A stretch of DNA of 64,000 nt from the NCBI GenBank assembly GCA_040954595.2, contig CM082593.2:8406043-8470042 (forward strand), read 5' to 3'. The notes beneath the pieces were generated by a model, which saw only the letters and a program-made list of their open reading frames with translations, did no database searches and was not told the DNA's origin. The DNA is from Balanoglossus misakiensis (lineage: Eukaryota; Animalia; Hemichordata). The number at the start of each line of letters is the position of its first letter. Position 1 is the first letter of the stretch. Below are positions 59,806 through 64,000 of the stretch, piece after piece. The position numbers were made by a program, and so were the translations under genes.

Positions 59806-60926
59806 TATGCAAGGGAGACTGCCAGAATTGAGCAGAGTGCAGAGAGTAGTAGGTCTGACACTACAGGATCATCTTACAGACCAAAAGGTAAAACATAATT
59901 CTAGTAATTGCATGCTAATAATAGTCATTATGTGAGATCACTATCACTCTGTATGGTATCAGTTCCTTTACTGAACATTTTTAAAGAAAGGTTTAACATT
60001 ATCATCAGTAACTGTAGCCATGAAATAATTATTTGAGTTTTGAAATCATGTCCCTCGGCCTGGCAACAAGCAAGGAAAGTGAGAGAGACAGGATTTTCAA
60101 TCATTCTTTTTTCCCCTTTTCTATTGATTTGACAGGTATATGATAGACTTCAGAAACTTGGTATCTGTCTGAGTTATGCACAAAGTAAGGCAGTCATGGA
60201 AGAAGTTGGTGGTCATTTCAATGCAGAGTTAATAGATGCTGTCAGAAGTGGTAAATCCTTTAGATTTGTCGGAGATAACTGCAATTACAGAATTAATGTT
60301 CAAGATGAGCGCATTGACAGACATGAGAAGATGCACCATGATTTCGCTTCAGCTGCAATTGTACAGTTGTTGGGTTTTGAGGACCTTGATAACTCTAAAC
60401 TACTCCATGATTATATGTGTGCCAATCACACAATGTTTCTCACAAGTGATATTGATTGTCAACTGATAAAGGAAGAATATGTCATCCATGTTGCCCGTGT
60501 TGCTGTAAGAATGTTACCCAGCTTCCAGTTCCTCAGAGATGTGATACCACACTTCATATTAGGAAAATACAGCTCTGAATTGGCCAAGACAAATAAAGTA
60601 ATACCTCTTCCGGTATTGGTGGATTGTAATGAACAATAGTTACAATGATGTTGTCCATGTATTGGAGTTTTATGAAGACACTGTACGTGACATCTACAGA
60701 AAGGCTGGAGTTGATCTGGATGACAATGTCAAAGTGCACATAGGTGGTGACCAACTTACAAGGGAGCGGTTTTCTGGTGCTAAACGACTCAGGATTCGAG
60801 GAGCAACAACAGCAGAGAGGTTCGGCCACTTAGGTCCCATAACATTTGAATTTTTTCCATATGCAAATGATTTATCTCTCTTTAATATTCAAAGTTTTGT
60901 ATAAGGATGGCAGTGTACAGGAGTTA

Positions 60927-61728
60927 GGCTGCATTCACAAACACCTCTGGAGGGGGGGGGGGCGGGAGAATTCAATTTTTTTTACCGTTAATTTTCACAT
61001 GCCCCCCTCAACAACCCGAAATATTTTCAAATCCCCCCCTTCCGAACTGCTAAAATTTTCAAATCCCCCCCCCAAATTTCTTTCACTCAGCAAAACACAT
61101 CACCTATCTATCTTGTAAAAAAGAAAAACAGCGCTCCCATGAAAAGAATTTGAAACTGATGTTTCCCCTCATCAGTGGGTATTAAAACTGAACATTGTTT
61201 TTATTTTTTAAGTATCTGTATTCTGTGTTGGGAGACATTGTAAACCAAGAATTGAAGGGGGTGGGTTTGGGAGGGCCAGGGGTGTCCCCCTCCCACGTAA
61301 ATTTTTTTTATAAAATACAGAGCTCAAAGCTGCATTTTAATGAACCTGGCAAAAGCACATTAACTCAACTACCGGTATGTTGGGGAGGACAAATTTAATC
61401 GCCGCTGCTCAAAGTTATCATGGGGTGGGGGCAAGTCCCCTGACCTGGGACACTAGATAAACCAGTCAATGTTTGAAAGGTGTTGATAAATGGAGGGGGT
61501 GGGTGTGGGAGGGGGTGTCCCCCTCCCACATTAGAAAATTTTGTAAAATAAAGGGCGCGAAACTGCATTTTTGTGGACTCAAAATAAATATTTAGTCGTC
61601 AAAGTTTTCAAGTCCCCCCCTTTCAGTCCCTAAATTATTTCAAATCCCCCCTTACATACCCTCAATTTTTTCAAATCCCCCCCCTCAATTCTCCTGCCCC
61701 CCCTCCAGAGGTGTTTGTGAATGCAGCC
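60927..61728. mobile_element. PIF/Harbinger-type MITE (GGCTGC family) inserted in transposase exon 2
   Basis: TTA TSD, same TIRs and interior as 46309-47100; removal restores DGSVQELGTMRSEQQRI. Confidence 0.93.
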
Positions 61729-64000
61729 TTAGGGACCATGCGTTCGGAACAGCAACGCATCATGAGAAGAAATGTGAAGGAAGATGTGAAGAATGCTTAT
61801 GATCCTGATGAGGACTTCACTGTTTCATTTGTTGATGCATATATCACTGAAGCATTGCTGGAATTCTTTGGAATGGAAGACACTAATAGTGTTCCTACAG
61901 TAAATGTACGGCACCACCAACGCTTGGCTCAGTAGAGGAGCGTAGAACATGGATGCAGACAACATTGGTTAAATTTATTAACCAAATGGTATGGCCAAAA
62001 CAAAGACAAGCCCACGAGGAAACAGTTACAGGTGTGTGCATGGCTTATACACATACATTGACCATCTAAAACCTTAACAATTCTTACTATGCAGTTGATG
62101 TGCTTGCATCAAAGGTCATGTAATCTCCTCAATCTGATCATACCTAATTGTAGAACACCCATAACTGCTACAGCAGTGGTTCTAGGTAGATGTTTGTGCT
62201 TAAAAATATGAGACTGACATTTTTTGGGATTGAGCTAGGAGTATGCGACCTCATCAATATGGCAATGGACATGTACAGTTAACTGTCCTTAGGTTTAAGA
62301 GCTAAGAGGTCAAGGGTCAATTATCCAGTTCCATGAGTCCAATTACAAAAAACCAGTGTGACTGACGTGTCATTAGTGTTTACATTTATTTCTTTATTTT
62401 TATTTGATGTTTCAGAGGATGGCCAAGTCGTTCAAGTGAGACTTGCAGATGGAACACCATGCACTTTGTTATTCAAGGCAAGACAACCTCCAGTTCAACC
62501 AGCAGATTACGTAAAAAACTATGGACACATGGTTCTTGAATTAGGGTTGTTATTTAAGAGTTTAAATGATATGTGTAAAGTTCCTGATAGAGATAGAGCA
62601 ATTCGTCTTTTGAAGTTAGCTATGGTTACTTTTAAAGTAAATAATAATCACTCAAAATATGCACTGGAAATACTGCGTTTTCTAGTCCACCATTTGTGCA
62701 TAATGACAGAACAAGAGGCCAATAGAGAATTTTATGGTTTGTTTGTCAACACAGAAGGTCAAAGAAATAGTTTTATCCCAACTGACAGACAGATGGAATA
62801 TGAAACAAATGGCTTCAAACAAAACTGAGAGGAACATAAAACGAGTAACAAGTGCCCTTGCTGGGGTTAAGAGTATCTCAGAAAACTTTGATAAAATAAG
62901 TGGGGTTATTGTCAGGGCCAAAAAAATACACAGGTTTCAGCACATGCTGATGAATTGGCTATGGTTAATGATTTAAGGCAGGTTAGGCCATTTCATCATA
63001 CCCCTGGAAGACTTCACCCTTCCTTTTCTAGAGTTAATAGTTCTATGCAAGATAAAATGGATGTACCCCGGTTCTATAATTGGATTGATAAATACATCAT
63101 TCAATTTGCCACAGAGACTGGAAACTGAGGAGATTTTGTTATTTGTAAAATACTTTAATTTCTAAGTGTGTAATTGCAACTTTTCAGTAAGATGATTTGT
63201 GAAAACTTGTCAAATGTGTGTGCAAAAGTTTTCCACAAAGGATATGCTAATATAAAGCAAACTGGTGTTCTGTCTAAACCAAAGCATATAGACAGTAGCG
63301 AGGATGAACTTGAATAAGACCCATGAAAAGGCTTCATTTCCATTTTTATGTGTATTGTTGAAGGTACAGAATTTTATGAATAAATTTAGACAAATTAAGA
63401 AAGTCACTGGAAGTATCGTGAATGTGTCTCCCTTGTATAATTTACCAAAGAATTTAGAAATCTCTGTCCATTAATTGGAATATCTCACTCACTGCGTAAA
63501 TCCATAAAGTACCAGAGGCAAACTGAACTGTGAACACCTCTCAAAAGTTTGACGTATGTGTATTGATCATTTCATAAGCAATCATTGGCAGCTCTTCTGT
63601 TGCAATATCTTCTAAAGGAGCGTATGTAAAATTAAGAATTAAATAATCAATAATACAAACAAAGAGTGCAATCAGGTTAACACAAATTTAACATTTATTT
63701 GACAAAACAATATCAGGTATTTAACATTACAGTTGTCAGTCAAAATCATGGCAAGTACAGTGGTCTACATGTAATTAGCCAAGAAATATCACACTAAGTT
63801 CAAATGAAAATCAAATTAGTTCAAATAGCATGAACTAGCATCTCTGTGTTGCAAATTTATTTTCAATAAAACACAAGATACATGTCCGAAAATGAATATA
63901 AAAGCAAAATTTGTACAGTACCTGTTCAATATGTGAAGCTTTAAGAAAACCCCAAATTGACATTCATAGAGAATGAAGGACAGATTTTTTCTGTTTCTTT

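Larger units (their letters stand above)
58621..63128 (+). pseudogene. Decayed three-exon DUF6589 / AcademH-type DDE transposase gene
   Basis: Exons about 58621-59887, 60136-62031, 62416-63128. Motifs VYDRLQKLGICLSY, FRFVGDNCNY, GGDQLTRERFSGAKRLR, FEFFHMQM, SKYALEIL, FVNTEG..NSFIPTDRQME; N-terminal Cys-pair remnant; several frameshifts, stops and two MITE insertions. Confidence 0.8.

Overview
Eukaryotic (animal, marine-invertebrate-like) AT-rich genomic DNA, dense in non-autonomous DNA transposons; organism assignment is inference only. The main feature, largely invisible in the ORF track, is a minus-strand spliced gene assembled by hand from 11 coding exons (53261->38396; GT-AG splice sites with compatible phases; 3153 nt, 1050 aa + stop). 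Its architecture is DED - Roc GTPase - COR - second DED - linker - C-terminal transmembrane helix, i.e. a tail-anchored double-DED ROCO protein, with a candidate TATA/Inr promoter near 54.3 kb. Downstream of it are a partial duplicate (intact copy of the P-loop exon) and a ~256-bp tandem array built from its exon 2. At 58.6-63.1 kb is a decayed, intron-containing DUF6589/AcademH-type transposase gene with two nested MITEs. A short AcademH-type element with a 9-bp TSD and a RecQ-like N-terminal fragment sits in intron 1 of the ROCO gene. Orphan host exons (NUP37, an SLC35E/TPT-family transporter) are scattered in the region. The first ~27 kb has no credible coding sequence: microsatellites, TTAA-flanked MITEs, hairpins and CpG-containing motif-rich stretches. 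No rRNA, tRNA or CRISPR array was seen.
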